64,000 nt of DNA from an uncultured Bacilli bacterium (lineage in GTDB: Bacteria; Bacillota_I; Bacilli_A; RFN20; CAG-288): positions 56,866-120,865 of the forward strand of contig CALVXU010000009.1 in NCBI GenBank assembly GCA_944371605.1, read 5' to 3'. Below are positions 1 to 10,759 of this stretch, piece by piece. The translations under genes were made by a program, and so were the position numbers. The notes under the pieces were generated by a model that searched no databases, was not told the DNA's origin, and was given only the letters and a program-made list of their open reading frames with translations. Position 1 is the first letter of the stretch; each line of letters starts with the position of its first letter.

Positions 1-1
1 A

Positions 2-1249
2 GTTGAAAATGCTCTCAGTTATATCGCTGATAAAGGAGCAAAGCTCGGCTTTCAAGTCGATCGATGTGATAACTATGTGACCGAATTAACCTATGGTGAT
101 GGCGATAAAGTTTTTGATATCTATGCACATTTAGATGTCGTACCTGTAAAAGAAAAAAATTGGAAACATCATCCGTTTAGTTTGACTATTGAAGATGGCA
201 TCATGTATGGACGCGGTGTTTCAGATGATAAAGGGCCAGCTATCGCTTGTCTTTATGCTGTCAAAGCCTTGATGGATAATAAACGATTAGGCGGATATAA
301 ATTACGTTTTCTTTTCGGCGGAAATGAAGAACGAAATTCACTTTGCTTAGAACATTATTTTCATGTTTTAAACAAAGGATATCCAACTATCGGTTTTTCC
401 CCAGATGCTGATTATCCGTTGATTTATGGAGAAAAGTCTATCTATTCATATAAAGCTACTTATGATATCTCTTCAGATCAAATAAAGCCTTTTGCTATTG
501 GAGATGCACTGAATATCGTTTTAGCTGAAGCGAAATGTGAAATAGATGCTGATGAGGCAATCGTTGACGAGTTATTATCCAAATACTTAAAAAAGCATCC
601 TGAAGTAAAGATTAAATATAATAACAATACTTTAGAATTCATCGGTGTTCCGTATCATGGATCTATGCCATATAACGGAGTCAATGCCGGATTACACATG
701 CTTAATTTCTTAGGTCATTTATATGATATCAAGCGCTTGAGAGATATCTATGACGATTATTGTGATGGTAAAGGCTTTGGATTTAAAGGTGATTATCATG
801 ACCAACATTTTGACTGCACCACTTATAACGTCGGAAAAATAACTTTTGATGGTCAGCACTTAGTCGTCTTTGTCAACACTCGTTTTCCACCTATGATTGA
901 CGTTGATACAGTCATCAAAAATGTCACCTTAAACACTGGGAGTGAAGTTGAACTATTAGGTGGATCTGTCGGTTTCATAGCTGATCCGAAATCTACTTTT
1001 ATTCAAACACTTTTAAAATCATATCAAGAAGAGACTGGAGATTATAAATCTAAGCCTTTAGCTATCGGTGGTGGGACATATTCAAGAGAAAGCAAAAACA
1101 CTGTTGCTTTCGGAGCACAATTTCCTACAAGAGATTATAAGATGCATGGTGATGATGAATTCTTCCCCATCAATGACTTCTTGGCAAATATGCAAATCTA
1201 TGCTCACGCTGTCGATGCATTATCTGATTATTTGAGAAAGGGTGAATAA
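2..1249 (+). CDS. pepV: M20 family dipeptidase (PepV/Sapep type), 5'-truncated by window edge
   Basis: Frame open from position 2; motifs AHLDVVP, GRGVSDDKGP, GGNEE, GGGTY, MHGDDE. Confidence 0.88.
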   Translation, partial: VENALSYIADKGAKLGFQVDRCDNYVTELTYGDGDKVFDIYAHLDVVPVKEKNWKHHPFSLTIEDGIMYGRGVSDDKGPAIACLYAVKALMDNKRLGGYKLRFLFGGNEERNSLCLEHYFHVLNKGYPTIGFSPDADYPLIYGEKSIYSYKATYDISSDQIKPFAIGDALNIVLAEAKCEIDADEAIVDELLSKYLKKHPEVKIKYNNNTLEFIGVPYHGSMPYNGVNAGLHMLNFLGHLYDIKRLRDIYDDYCDGKGFGFKGDYHDQHFDCTTYNVGKITFDGQHLVVFVNTRFPPMIDVDTVIKNVTLNTGSEVELLGGSVGFIADPKSTFIQTLLKSYQEETGDYKSKPLAIGGGTYSRESKNTVAFGAQFPTRDYKMHGDDEFFPINDFLANMQIYAHAVDALSDYLRKGE

Positions 1250-1878
1250 TGCGATTACGACATCGAAAATGGACTGATAAGGTTCTGTTAGAAAACCAAG
1301 ACATCGGGAAAAATTTAGAGACGTTAGAACTCGATTCTTTAAAACAGTTCACTGATTTAGAAATCGGTTCTGGTCTAGGTTCTTTTCTTCTATCTTGTTC
1401 TGAAAAATGGCCGGAAAGAAAATTTTTAGGTGTAGAAATATCAAAAAACGCTTTCGCCTCAGCGATTAAAAAAGCGAGTGCTGTTAAAGATAAACAAACT
1501 AATTTTCTTTTTCTAAACGCCCCTATTGAACGCGTTTTTCCATTGTTTTCTGATGAACAATTGACTGATATCTATATAAATTTTCCTGACCCTTGGCCTA
1601 AAAAGAAACAAAAATCACGCCGTTTAACTTATCCGACAAGATTAAAGGAATATTATCGAATCCTAAAAAAAGACGGCACATTATATTTTCGAACTGATAA
1701 TATTGATCTGTTTATGGATAGCCAAGAGTATTTTAAAGAATTCCAGTTGTTCTCTTTCCAAGTCATCTCTCCATTTTATTCTGAAAAAACCGATTATTTA
1801 CCGACGACTGAATATGAAACAAAGTTCCGCGAACAAGGAATTGATATCAATGTTATCATCGCTAAGAAAAAACAATAG
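1249..1878 (+). CDS. trmB: tRNA (guanine-N7)-methyltransferase
   Basis: MRLRH start, LEIGSGLG SAM motif, INFPDPWPKKK, FRTDN, TEYE.KF. Confidence 0.95.
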   Translation: MRLRHRKWTDKVLLENQDIGKNLETLELDSLKQFTDLEIGSGLGSFLLSCSEKWPERKFLGVEISKNAFASAIKKASAVKDKQTNFLFLNAPIERVFPLFSDEQLTDIYINFPDPWPKKKQKSRRLTYPTRLKEYYRILKKDGTLYFRTDNIDLFMDSQEYFKEFQLFSFQVISPFYSEKTDYLPTTEYETKFREQGIDINVIIAKKKQ

Positions 1879-1889
1879 GTGCTGAAAAG

Positions 1890-2663
1890 ATGAAAAATTT
1901 GTTCTCATATCTTCTTTGGGCTAATCCAAAAAGTTCTGCTAATAGTTTAGAGCAATTCTACTATGATTATAACGCTACTTTATTCAATGCTTCTTTAGCG
2001 AGATTCAATGATAATTCTTCTTTATTTTCCATTATGAAAAGCGTGATAATCTTGCAAGGACTAGCCAATAAAAAGAAACTCGATAAAGCTATTCAAAGAT
2101 ATACTCCTGAACAATTAAATTCATCTGTTTTATTGAATACGATTTTTGATGGCATGCCATATTTTGAATATGAAGGCATTAAAATATATATTCCAACCTA
2201 TACACCGCAGATCAATTTAAGATATCAAAAAGATTTAGCATCACTTCAATCTTTCCCATATAATTCTCTAGTGATTGATAAAGAATCTTCATTGATTGAT
2301 CCGTTTGGAATCTACAAATATCTTCCATTTGATTCAAGCTTCACAAGATTAGTAAAGCTATCTAATCACGATATGCATTCCCAAGCTTTTTACCACATCA
2401 GCTTTCAAACTATTTTTGTCATCAATGATCAAGGTGGATTAGATGTTGAAATCCCGATATTTGATGATAGATTGAAAAACAAACAGGAAGACGGACTTTT
2501 GGAAAGATTAGAAGTTCTTATGACATATTACTATTCAGGCGATAAAGAAAAGTTCATCAATGCATTAAAAGATTTAAATTTGATTTCAGTTGATTTATTC
2601 GATGAGCTTATCGCGCTTGAAAATCGTCGAAACAAAAAGAAAGAAAAACGTTTATTACAATGA
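1890..2663 (+). CDS. hypothetical protein, 257 aa
   Basis: Long ORF; ATGA overlap with mtaB start; no recognised motif. Confidence 0.8.
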   Translation: MKNLFSYLLWANPKSSANSLEQFYYDYNATLFNASLARFNDNSSLFSIMKSVIILQGLANKKKLDKAIQRYTPEQLNSSVLLNTIFDGMPYFEYEGIKIYIPTYTPQINLRYQKDLASLQSFPYNSLVIDKESSLIDPFGIYKYLPFDSSFTRLVKLSNHDMHSQAFYHISFQTIFVINDQGGLDVEIPIFDDRLKNKQEDGLLERLEVLMTYYYSGDKEKFINALKDLNLISVDLFDELIALENRRNKKKEKRLLQ

Positions 2664-3895
2664 CCTTCAAAATATATACACTCGGTTGCAAAGTGAACGC
2701 CTATGAATCTGAAGCTATCAGAGAAAATTTGATTCGCCAAGGATTACATGAAGATGAAATCGCCGATATTTACATCGTCAACACCTGTGCTGTCACCTCA
2801 GAGGCTGAAAGAAAAGATCGTCAGCGCGTCCACGAAATCGCACGTGATCATCCGCATAGTAAAATCATCGTCATGGGATGCTCCTCTCAGATTCATAAAG
2901 AAGATTATTTAAAAATCCCACAAGTCACCCATGTTTTAGGAAATAGTAATAAATCTGCTCTATTAGAGTGTTTGACTAAAAGAGATTTGGTCGATATAGA
3001 CTCAAGGCATTTCACTTACGATGATGGGATGAAAATCCAAAAAGGTGAACATATCGCAAGAGCTTATTTAAAGGTTCAAGATGGCTGCAATAATTTTTGT
3101 TCTTATTGTGTCGTCCCTTATACTAGAGGCAATTCTCGTTCTAGAAAAAAGGTTGATATAATTGCAGAAGCCGAAAAACTTTTAGCAAACGGATATAAGG
3201 AATTAGTCATCGGAGGTATAGATACCGGATCATATTTTGATCCAGATAATACAAGCTATCATTTAAAACACTTGTTATTCGATTTAGCAAATTTACCATT
3301 TAGTGATTATCGATTACGTGTTTCATCTATCGAAGCCAGTCAAATAGATGAAGAATATGTCTCTTTATTTAAAAACTATTCGAATAGATTATGCCCGCAT
3401 TTTCATATACCGTTACAATCCGGTTCACCGAGAATTCTTCAGTTGATGAACCGCAAATATTCTCTCGATAACTTTGTCAAAAAACTCGAATTGATCAATA
3501 GTTATTTGGATCACCCGGCCTTATCTACTGATGTGATAACTGGCTTTCCTACAGAAACTGAAGACGATTTCTTGCAAACATATGATTTTCTTAAATCACA
3601 TCATTTTATGCGTATTCATGCTTTTCCTTATTCTGAAAGACCATTCACCAAAGCTAGCTCTTTAAAAGGAAGCGTTCCTAAAAATATTCGCCAAGAACGT
3701 GTTAAGAGGCTCATCGAACTATCTGATTCAGGCGAAGCAGACTTTCGTTCATCTCTCAAAAACAAAGTTCTTAAAGTCTTAGTTGAAGAACAGATTTCTG
3801 ACACGATTTATAGAGGTTATAGTGAAAACTATTTAAATATCACTATACAATCCGACAAAAATATCATCGGAACATTTCAAAAGATTTCTATTTAA
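2660..3895 (+). CDS. mtaB: tRNA t6A methylthiotransferase (radical SAM, MtaB)
   Basis: TLGCKVNAYESE, VNTCAVT, CNNFCSYC radical SAM motif, PHFHIPLQSGS, TRAM-like C-terminus. Confidence 0.93.
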   Translation: MTFKIYTLGCKVNAYESEAIRENLIRQGLHEDEIADIYIVNTCAVTSEAERKDRQRVHEIARDHPHSKIIVMGCSSQIHKEDYLKIPQVTHVLGNSNKSALLECLTKRDLVDIDSRHFTYDDGMKIQKGEHIARAYLKVQDGCNNFCSYCVVPYTRGNSRSRKKVDIIAEAEKLLANGYKELVIGGIDTGSYFDPDNTSYHLKHLLFDLANLPFSDYRLRVSSIEASQIDEEYVSLFKNYSNRLCPHFHIPLQSGSPRILQLMNRKYSLDNFVKKLELINSYLDHPALSTDVITGFPTETEDDFLQTYDFLKSHHFMRIHAFPYSERPFTKASSLKGSVPKNIRQERVKRLIELSDSGEADFRSSLKNKVLKVLVEEQISDTIYRGYSENYLNITIQSDKNIIGTFQKISI

Positions 3896-4761
3896 TCATA
3901 TAGAGCAGGAACTGTTGTCGGGCAATTTGTGAAGCTATGATAGCTGTTTGTAGGGATTTGACTGATCGTTTTCTGTCCAAAAGGCAAAGCGGAATAAAAG
4001 ATATTTTTATTATGTATATATTCCGCAGAAACATTTGAAGTCTCGGCAGCAATAAAAAAGTAATTGGCGGTGATCGTTTCTACATCATTAATAGGAAATT
4101 GATATCGAATATAGTCTTTACCTATATATTCTGGTTCATACAGTGTTGTCATATCATCATTTAAATATAGATGACAATAGCTTGAAGGATAAGCTGCCGT
4201 TGATGAATATGACGAAATATATAAAGTGTCTTTTCTTTTAAAAATAAATGATTTTTGGATTTCTATTTTGACCACATATTCAAAAATATAATGTTTTTGA
4301 TATTCTCCCACTCGAAATAAATAAGAATTAAATGATAGATATTTATCAGAAGAAAGATATTTATTCTCAGTGATTAAATAAGGATATTCACCATAGTTAT
4401 CAAAGCGATTTAAAATGATATCATCTTCAGGAACAGGACTGAGTTCAAGTTCATCCATGTCAAAAACAGGTTGCTGATCATAAGATTTAGAGACATTCAA
4501 GCCGGTGTCAGTAAAAACAAAAGCAAAAGACATGCCTATGCTGAGCAATGCTGAAATAACACTGCTTTTTAAATGATAGCCAGCATGTCTTTTCACAAAG
4601 CAAAATACTATGAAAAATAAAGAAAACATCAATGATAAGCAAAAAAGAAGAAGCATAGTTGACCTAGAAAATAAGCCGACATACAAAAGACATAAAAATG
4701 AAATATTGATGATCAACAAAATTAATCCGATAAAAATAAAACGAACTGATTTATTTTTCAT
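3892..4761 (-). CDS. hypothetical membrane protein (3 N-terminal TM segments + soluble domain)
   Basis: 289-aa ORF, hydrophobic N-terminus, convergent with mtaB; TATAAT 7 nt before ATG. Confidence 0.75.
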   Translation of the reverse strand: MKNKSVRFIFIGLILLIINISFLCLLYVGLFSRSTMLLLFCLSLMFSLFFIVFCFVKRHAGYHLKSSVISALLSIGMSFAFVFTDTGLNVSKSYDQQPVFDMDELELSPVPEDDIILNRFDNYGEYPYLITENKYLSSDKYLSFNSYLFRVGEYQKHYIFEYVVKIEIQKSFIFKRKDTLYISSYSSTAAYPSSYCHLYLNDDMTTLYEPEYIGKDYIRYQFPINDVETITANYFFIAAETSNVSAEYIHNKNIFYSALPFGQKTISQIPTNSYHSFTNCPTTVPALYD

Positions 4762-4902
4762 ATTTCTTATTATAGTCTCTTTTTAATATGTAGATATTAT
4801 TAAAAAATTATTTTAGTTTTTTCAAAGAGAATAATTATATACGTTTATGCGTCGAATTTAATTTCTAATAAAAAATACTTTTTCAATGAAAAACTAGACG
4901 TA

Positions 4903-4929
4903 TTAGCAATCATAGCTTGAAATTGCTAA
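4903..4929 (+). promoter_or_regulatory. CIRCE-like element 1 (HrcA operator)
   Basis: TTAGCAATC-N9-AATTGCTAA versus consensus TTAGCACTC-N9-GAGTGCTAA; overlaps the -35 upstream of hrcA. Confidence 0.8.
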
Positions 4930-4944
4930 ACGATTGACTATAAT
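4917..4944 (+). promoter_or_regulatory. sigma70-type promoter of hrcA operon
   Basis: TTGAAA (4917-22) - 16 nt - TATAAT (4939-44). Confidence 0.75.
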
Positions 4945-4948
4945 ATGA

Positions 4949-4974
4949 ATAGCACTCAAAAAAAAGAGTGCTAA
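4949..4974 (+). promoter_or_regulatory. CIRCE element 2 with A8 spacer
   Basis: ATAGCACTC-AAAAAAAA-GAGTGCTAA, between promoter and RBS. Confidence 0.85.
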
Positions 4975-4987
4975 TCAGGAGCTGGAT

Positions 4988-6094
4988 ATGAACTTGACAC
5001 GCAAAGATTTAGTTCTTAAATGTATCGTTGAAGAATTTGTAAAAACCGCTTCTCCAGTCGGTTCAAAAACTCTACTAGAGAAGTATTCTTTAAATTGTTC
5101 TTCAGCTACTATTAGAAATACCATGATGGAACTAGAAAAAGAAGGCTTGATTGAAAAGCCTCATGTCTCTGCCGGTCGTGTTCCTTCTGCTAAAGGCTAT
5201 CAATACTATCTAGATCATTTGGATGAAAGTGCCTTGATGAACAGCGTTGATATGGAATTTCAGCGCGAATTCAAAAGAGCTCTAGATTCTAAAACTCAAT
5301 CAGTAGAAGAAGTATTGTCGAAATCATGTGAAATGCTCTCTGAGCTGACTAATATGGCTACTGTTGTCTTAGGACCAAAAGCTGATGAAGAACACTTGGT
5401 TTCTGTGCAACTATTACAATTATCTGAAAAAACAGCGATGGGCATCTTCATCACTGATTCAGGCTACGTTGAAAAGAAGACCTTCGTTCTTCCTAATACT
5501 GGTTTGTCATTTGCAGCCTGTAGCTCAGCTGTCAAGCTCTTAGATCAAAGACTATCAGGGAGCAAAATCTCTGAGTTGCAAAGCAAAGCCCGTCTACTAG
5601 CTCCAGTCATAGCTAAAAACTTTGGCCAATCAGGAGAATTTCTTATGAAAGCTTTCTTAGAAGCTTTAGTAGGATTTGCTAAAAAGCGTTTCACCGTTTA
5701 TGGAAAGAAAAATCTATTATCTCTTCCCGAATTCTCAGAAGATAGCCAGGCCTTTATACAAGCTGTGAACGCTCTTGAAGATCCGACTTCCTTAGAACAT
5801 GGAATTTCTCACAATGATGACTTGGGAACTGTAAAAGTCGGTTTCACAAATGGACAACATGGTGACTTAGCTATCGTTTCAAAAGCTGTGAACGATCACG
5901 ACCAAATCGCGGTTGTCGGTCCTAAAAGAATGGATTACAAGAAAATCTTATCAGCGCTTGAATATGTCGTCTTCATGCTCAATAGATATTTTGGAAAAAA
6001 TAGCACTGATACTGCGCTAGTTCCAGTCAGTGAACCAGAAGAAGTCAAGCCGACTAAATCTCATAAATCTGTAAAGAAAGGAGGAAAAAAATGA
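4988..6094 (+). CDS. hrcA: heat-inducible transcription repressor HrcA
   Basis: PVGSK, SSATIRNTMMELEKEG, PHVSAGRVPS, VVGPKRMDY; CIRCE upstream. Confidence 0.97.
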   Translation: MNLTRKDLVLKCIVEEFVKTASPVGSKTLLEKYSLNCSSATIRNTMMELEKEGLIEKPHVSAGRVPSAKGYQYYLDHLDESALMNSVDMEFQREFKRALDSKTQSVEEVLSKSCEMLSELTNMATVVLGPKADEEHLVSVQLLQLSEKTAMGIFITDSGYVEKKTFVLPNTGLSFAACSSAVKLLDQRLSGSKISELQSKARLLAPVIAKNFGQSGEFLMKAFLEALVGFAKKRFTVYGKKNLLSLPEFSEDSQAFIQAVNALEDPTSLEHGISHNDDLGTVKVGFTNGQHGDLAIVSKAVNDHDQIAVVGPKRMDYKKILSALEYVVFMLNRYFGKNSTDTALVPVSEPEEVKPTKSHKSVKKGGKK

Positions 6095-6747
6095 GCGAAG
6101 AAAAGAAAGAAACTCAAAAAGAAAAAGAAAATGAGTCAACAGAGGAAATCGATTATAAAAATGAATACGAAGTCCTCAAAAAGCAACTCGATGAGCTGAA
6201 CAAAAATTATGAAGATGTGCTAAAGGTCAGCAAAGATAAAGAAAACGAGGCTAAGCAGTGGGAGAACAAATATTATACTGTCTATGCTGATATGGCTAAC
6301 ACTCGAAAACAGGTTGAAAAAGAAAATCAAGAGTTCAAGCGTTATGCTATCTCTTCCACGATCCAAGAACTCATTCCAGTTCTCGACAGCTTCGATATGG
6401 CTTTAAAGAATGAACCTCAGGATGAAAAAGTTAAAAATTATGTTGCTGGCTTCAAGATGATTCACTCTAAATTCCTCAATTCTTTAAAACAATTAGGCGT
6501 CGAAATTATCAATCCACAAATCGGCGATGAATTCAATCCGCATTTGATGGAAGCCTTCTCAACTATCGAAGGAGAACAAGACAATTTAGTCGCCGAAACT
6601 TTCTTAAAAGGTTATAAACTTCACGAACATCTCTTGCGCTCAGCCGGCGTGATTATAACGAAGAAACCGGTTGAAACAAATGAATCACAAAAGATAGATG
6701 AAGATAAAAAATCTATGGATGAAAATACCACAAAGGAGGACAAATAA
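6091..6747 (+). CDS. grpE: nucleotide exchange factor GrpE
   Basis: [35 protein letters not shown]; synteny. Confidence 0.95.
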   Translation: MSEEKKETQKEKENESTEEIDYKNEYEVLKKQLDELNKNYEDVLKVSKDKENEAKQWENKYYTVYADMANTRKQVEKENQEFKRYAISSTIQELIPVLDSFDMALKNEPQDEKVKNYVAGFKMIHSKFLNSLKQLGVEIINPQIGDEFNPHLMEAFSTIEGEQDNLVAETFLKGYKLHEHLLRSAGVIITKKPVETNESQKIDEDKKSMDENTTKEDK

Positions 6748-6749
6748 TT

Positions 6750-8624
6750 ATGGCTAAAGAAGTAATCTTAGGTATTGATTTAGGTACTACTAACTCAGTC
6801 GTTTCTTACATGCAAGAGGATAAAACAGTAAAAGTTATCCCATCACCTGAAGGAACAAACACTTGTCCATCGGTCGTCGCATTCAAAGCCGATGGTGAAG
6901 AGATAGTCGGCAATGCTGCAAAGCGTATGCTCTTGACTAATCCTGATACCGTCTATTCCATCAAGAGAAAAATGGGCACAAGAGAAACTGTCCACATCAA
7001 TTGTTTGAATAAAGATTTCTCACCTGAAGAAATCTCTGCTAAAATTCTTTCTTACATCAAATCTTACGCTGAAAAATATTTAGGCTTTTCTGTCAAGAAA
7101 GCTGTTATCACTTGCCCTGCTTATTTTAATGATGACCAAAGAAGCGCTACTAAGAACGCTGGTACAATCGCCGGTCTTGATGTTGTTAGAATCATCTCTG
7201 AACCTACTGCAGCTGCCTTAGCGTATGGTATGGATTCTAAAAAAGCCGGTCGCATCATGGTCTTCGATTTAGGTGGTGGAACATTAGATGTCTCTATCCT
7301 CGATATCGGAGATGGAACCTTCGAAGTTTTATCTACTTCTGGTGATACCCATTTAGGTGGTGATGATTGGGATAGACATATCATGAAATGGCTCATCGAA
7401 GAGATCAACAAACAATGTGGAATTTTCATCGATGAGAACAATCCAAAAGATCGTCCAACTTTACAAAGACTCAGAGATGAAGCTGAAAAAGCTAAGATTA
7501 ATCTCTCTTCACAAGTTGAAACCATCATCTCTTTGCCTTATATCGGTTTTAAAGATGGCGCACCTGTCAATTTTGAGACCAGTTTAACTAGAGCTAATTT
7601 TGAAAAACTCACTGCTGATTTAATCGATCGCTGCCGTATTCCTTTTGAAAAAGCCTTAGCTGATGCCAAGTTATCTGTCAGCGAATTAGATGATATCATC
7701 TTAGTCGGTGGTTCAACTAGAATGCCTTCTGTCATCGATTTAGTCACTAGACTAAACAATGGTAAAAAACCGAATCAATCCGTCAACCCTGATGAAGCTG
7801 TCTCTGTCGGCGCTGCTGTTCAAGGTGGCGTTATCCGTGGTGACATCAATGACGTTGTTTTACTCGATGTCACTCCGTTGACTTTAGGTATCGAAACACT
7901 CGGTGGTGTCATGACTCCTTTGATTCCTAGAAATACTACTATTCCTACCACTAGACAACAGATTTTCTCCACTGCCGAAGATAATCAACCCGGTGTTGAA
8001 ATTCAGGTCTATCAAGGCGAAAGACCGATGGCCGCTGATAACAAATTCTTAGGTCGTTTCAAACTTGATGGCATTCGTCCTGCTAGAAGAGGTGAGCCTC
8101 GTATCCAAGTCACCTTCTCAATAGATGTTAATGGTATTGTCTCAGTATCTGCCAAAGATTTAGATTCTAATAGAGAACAACATATCACCATCTCCAACTC
8201 TGCTGGACTTTCAAAAGATGAAATTGATAGAATGGTCAAAGAAGCTGAAGCTAATAAAGAGGCTGATAACAAGAGAAAAGATGAAGCCGATACAAGAAAT
8301 GAGGCTGAGCAACTCATCAATATGATCGATAGACAATTGCAAGATAAAGATCATCCAGTCGATGAACAAACTAAAGCAGCTGCTACTAAGATGAGAGATG
8401 ATATCAAGGCGCTCTTAGATAAGAATGATATCGCTGGCGTCAAAGCTAAATTGGCTGAATTACAGCAAGTTGCTAACCAAGTCTATCAAGCATCTGCTCA
8501 AGCTCAAGCAAATTCTTCCACTGGCACAGCTGGTAGCACTCAAGATCAACAAACTGGTAGTGATCAACAAGATCCACACGTCGTCGATGCCACTTTCACT
8601 GAGAAGAAAGACGACAACAAATAA
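6750..8624 (+). CDS. dnaK: chaperone DnaK
   Basis: [34 protein letters not shown]. Confidence 0.99.
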   Translation: MAKEVILGIDLGTTNSVVSYMQEDKTVKVIPSPEGTNTCPSVVAFKADGEEIVGNAAKRMLLTNPDTVYSIKRKMGTRETVHINCLNKDFSPEEISAKILSYIKSYAEKYLGFSVKKAVITCPAYFNDDQRSATKNAGTIAGLDVVRIISEPTAAALAYGMDSKKAGRIMVFDLGGGTLDVSILDIGDGTFEVLSTSGDTHLGGDDWDRHIMKWLIEEINKQCGIFIDENNPKDRPTLQRLRDEAEKAKINLSSQVETIISLPYIGFKDGAPVNFETSLTRANFEKLTADLIDRCRIPFEKALADAKLSVSELDDIILVGGSTRMPSVIDLVTRLNNGKKPNQSVNPDEAVSVGAAVQGGVIRGDINDVVLLDVTPLTLGIETLGGVMTPLIPRNTTIPTTRQQIFSTAEDNQPGVEIQVYQGERPMAADNKFLGRFKLDGIRPARRGEPRIQVTFSIDVNGIVSVSAKDLDSNREQHITISNSAGLSKDEIDRMVKEAEANKEADNKRKDEADTRNEAEQLINMIDRQLQDKDHPVDEQTKAAATKMRDDIKALLDKNDIAGVKAKLAELQQVANQVYQASAQAQANSSTGTAGSTQDQQTGSDQQDPHVVDATFTEKKDDNK

Positions 8625-8634
8625 AATATCATTT

Positions 8635-8664
8635 GCCCGGTTTTAATACCGGGCTTCTTCTTTC
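8635..8664 (+). terminator. intrinsic terminator between dnaK and dnaJ
   Basis: GCCCGGT-TTTAAT-ACCGGGC followed by TTCTTCTTTC. Confidence 0.7.
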
Positions 8665-8682
8665 AGAAAGGAGGCGAAATAC

Positions 8683-9831
8683 ATGGCAGAATCTAAACGC
8701 GATTACTATGAGATTTTAGGAGTTGATAAAACTGCTACTAGTGATCAAATAAAAAGCGCTTATCGTAAATTGGCTAAAAAATATCATCCTGATTTAAATC
8801 ACGAGCCAGATGCTGCTGAAAAATTTAAGCAGATAACCGAAGCCTACGAAGTGCTAAGTGATTCGCAAAAAAGAGCTCAATATGATCAATTCGGTCATGC
8901 CGCCTTTGATAATAATGGTGCTAATGGCTTTGGCGGATTCAATGGGTTTGGTAATTTTAGTCAAGCAGATATGTCTGACTTCGGAGATCTAGGTGATATC
9001 TTTTCACAATTCTTTGGAGGCGGAAGACGTTCAGCTAGAAGCAATGTGCCTCAAAAAGGTCGTGATCGCAGGATGATTATCAATCTTTCTTTCAATCAAG
9101 CGATCAAAGGTTATAAGATCGATATTCCCATCGATTATGTGGAAGCATGCCCCGATTGTCATGGCACAGGTGCAAGAAATCCTAATGACGTAGAAACTTG
9201 TCCAACTTGCCGTGGACGCGGACGAGTCAGAACAAGAACTAATACAATTTTTGGCATGATGGAACAGGAGAGCACCTGCCCTGATTGCAGTGGGACTGGG
9301 AAACATATCAAATATAAATGTTCTACTTGCCATGGAGCTGGTCGCGTCAAAGTTTCCAAGACTATCACTGTCAATATTCCACAGGGCGTTGATACAGGGG
9401 ATAATATCCGTATTGAAGGAAAAGGTGATGCTGGAATTAACGGCGGTCCTAATGGTGATTTGATACTTCAAATTCAAGTTGCACCAAGCACGACTTTTAC
9501 TAGAAAAGGCGCTGATATCTATATATCAGCACCCATCTCGTTCACCGATGCTTTATTAGGTGCTACCGTCACTGTTCCTTCTGTTTGGGGAGATTGCGAT
9601 TTAATTATTCCTCCATGCACAGAAGGCAATACCATTTTAAAAATGGCTAACCAAGGTGTCAAATTACCTTCAGGAAAACAAGGAAATCAATACGTCACAG
9701 TTAATATCAAATTCCCAAAGAATTTAAATCAATCACAAAAAGAATTGATTCAACAATTTGCTGATATCGAAGAGAAAAAGCCAACTTCGGTGATGGATTG
9801 GTTAAAACATAAGTTCTCCAGTAAAAAATAA
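8683..9831 (+). CDS. dnaJ: co-chaperone DnaJ
   Basis: J-domain HPD, G/F region, four CxxCxGxG repeats. Confidence 0.98.
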   Translation: MAESKRDYYEILGVDKTATSDQIKSAYRKLAKKYHPDLNHEPDAAEKFKQITEAYEVLSDSQKRAQYDQFGHAAFDNNGANGFGGFNGFGNFSQADMSDFGDLGDIFSQFFGGGRRSARSNVPQKGRDRRMIINLSFNQAIKGYKIDIPIDYVEACPDCHGTGARNPNDVETCPTCRGRGRVRTRTNTIFGMMEQESTCPDCSGTGKHIKYKCSTCHGAGRVKVSKTITVNIPQGVDTGDNIRIEGKGDAGINGGPNGDLILQIQVAPSTTFTRKGADIYISAPISFTDALLGATVTVPSVWGDCDLIIPPCTEGNTILKMANQGVKLPSGKQGNQYVTVNIKFPKNLNQSQKELIQQFADIEEKKPTSVMDWLKHKFSSKK

Positions 9832-9835
9832 ATTT

Positions 9836-9868
9836 AAGGTCACTTGGAAAAGTGACCTTTTCTTTTTT
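9836..9868 (+). terminator. intrinsic terminator after dnaJ
   Basis: AAGGTCACTT-GGAA-AAGTGACCTT then T-tract. Confidence 0.85.
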
Positions 9869-9880
9869 ATAATATCTTTT

Positions 9881-10717
9881 ATGAAACAGATATTGAGTAA
9901 GCTTATTCCATTAGATGGAACGATTAACACCCGTGATTTAGGTGGCTATGTAACCGAAGATAAAAGAAAAGTAAAATACAAAAAAATAGTTCGCACTGAT
10001 GCGTTGCATCAATTGTCAGAAAAAGATATTTCTTTTCTGCTAGATGAATATCATCCATCGTTTGATATCGATTTACGAAGCCCTCGTGAAGCTTTATCGC
10101 GTCCTGATAAGAAAATACCAGGATGTTTATATATCTCATGTCCTATTTCTGAAGATTTGAACAATCGAGCTATAGCTAAACATGTCGATTATCAAATCGA
10201 TGACAAAAGCCTATCCGGAATCATTTCATACATCTATCAACTGGATGAAAACGGAGATATCTCTACTGCCATGGAAAGCGTCTATGAAGAATTTGTCCTC
10301 ACAGAATTCGGTCAAAAACATTACTCTTTATTCTTTAAAACTCTATTAAAAAACGAGATAGGATCAGTCTTATTTCATTGCGCAGATGGCAAAGATAGAG
10401 CAGGTATTGCTAGCGCATTATTTTTAAGTGTTTTAGGCGTCCCTTTTTCTGACGTATTAAATGATTATCTGATGACTAATATCTATACTAAAAACAAAGC
10501 TGAGCATCGTGAAAAACAGCTTCGTGAAATATACCATGTAAAAGATGAGGTGTTAATATCTAGTGTTAAAGCTATCGCAGGTGTGAGAGATAACTGGTTA
10601 AAAGCAGCTTTTAAAGCGATTGAAACACATTATCAATCGCTTGAGAATTATTTTCATAAGGCGCTTAATTTTTCTGCAGAAGAGATTGAAAAATTAAAAA
10701 GTTTATACCTTAACTAA
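9881..10717 (+). CDS. tyrosine-protein phosphatase (Y_phosphatase3-like), probably leaderless
   Basis: NTRDLGGY, DLRS, P-loop FHCADGKDRAG, DYLMTN. Confidence 0.9.
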   Translation: MKQILSKLIPLDGTINTRDLGGYVTEDKRKVKYKKIVRTDALHQLSEKDISFLLDEYHPSFDIDLRSPREALSRPDKKIPGCLYISCPISEDLNNRAIAKHVDYQIDDKSLSGIISYIYQLDENGDISTAMESVYEEFVLTEFGQKHYSLFFKTLLKNEIGSVLFHCADGKDRAGIASALFLSVLGVPFSDVLNDYLMTNIYTKNKAEHREKQLREIYHVKDEVLISSVKAIAGVRDNWLKAAFKAIETHYQSLENYFHKALNFSAEEIEKLKSLYLN

Positions 10718-10759
10718 GATTTAGAAAAAATGCCGAAGAATATAGGAATATTATGCATT

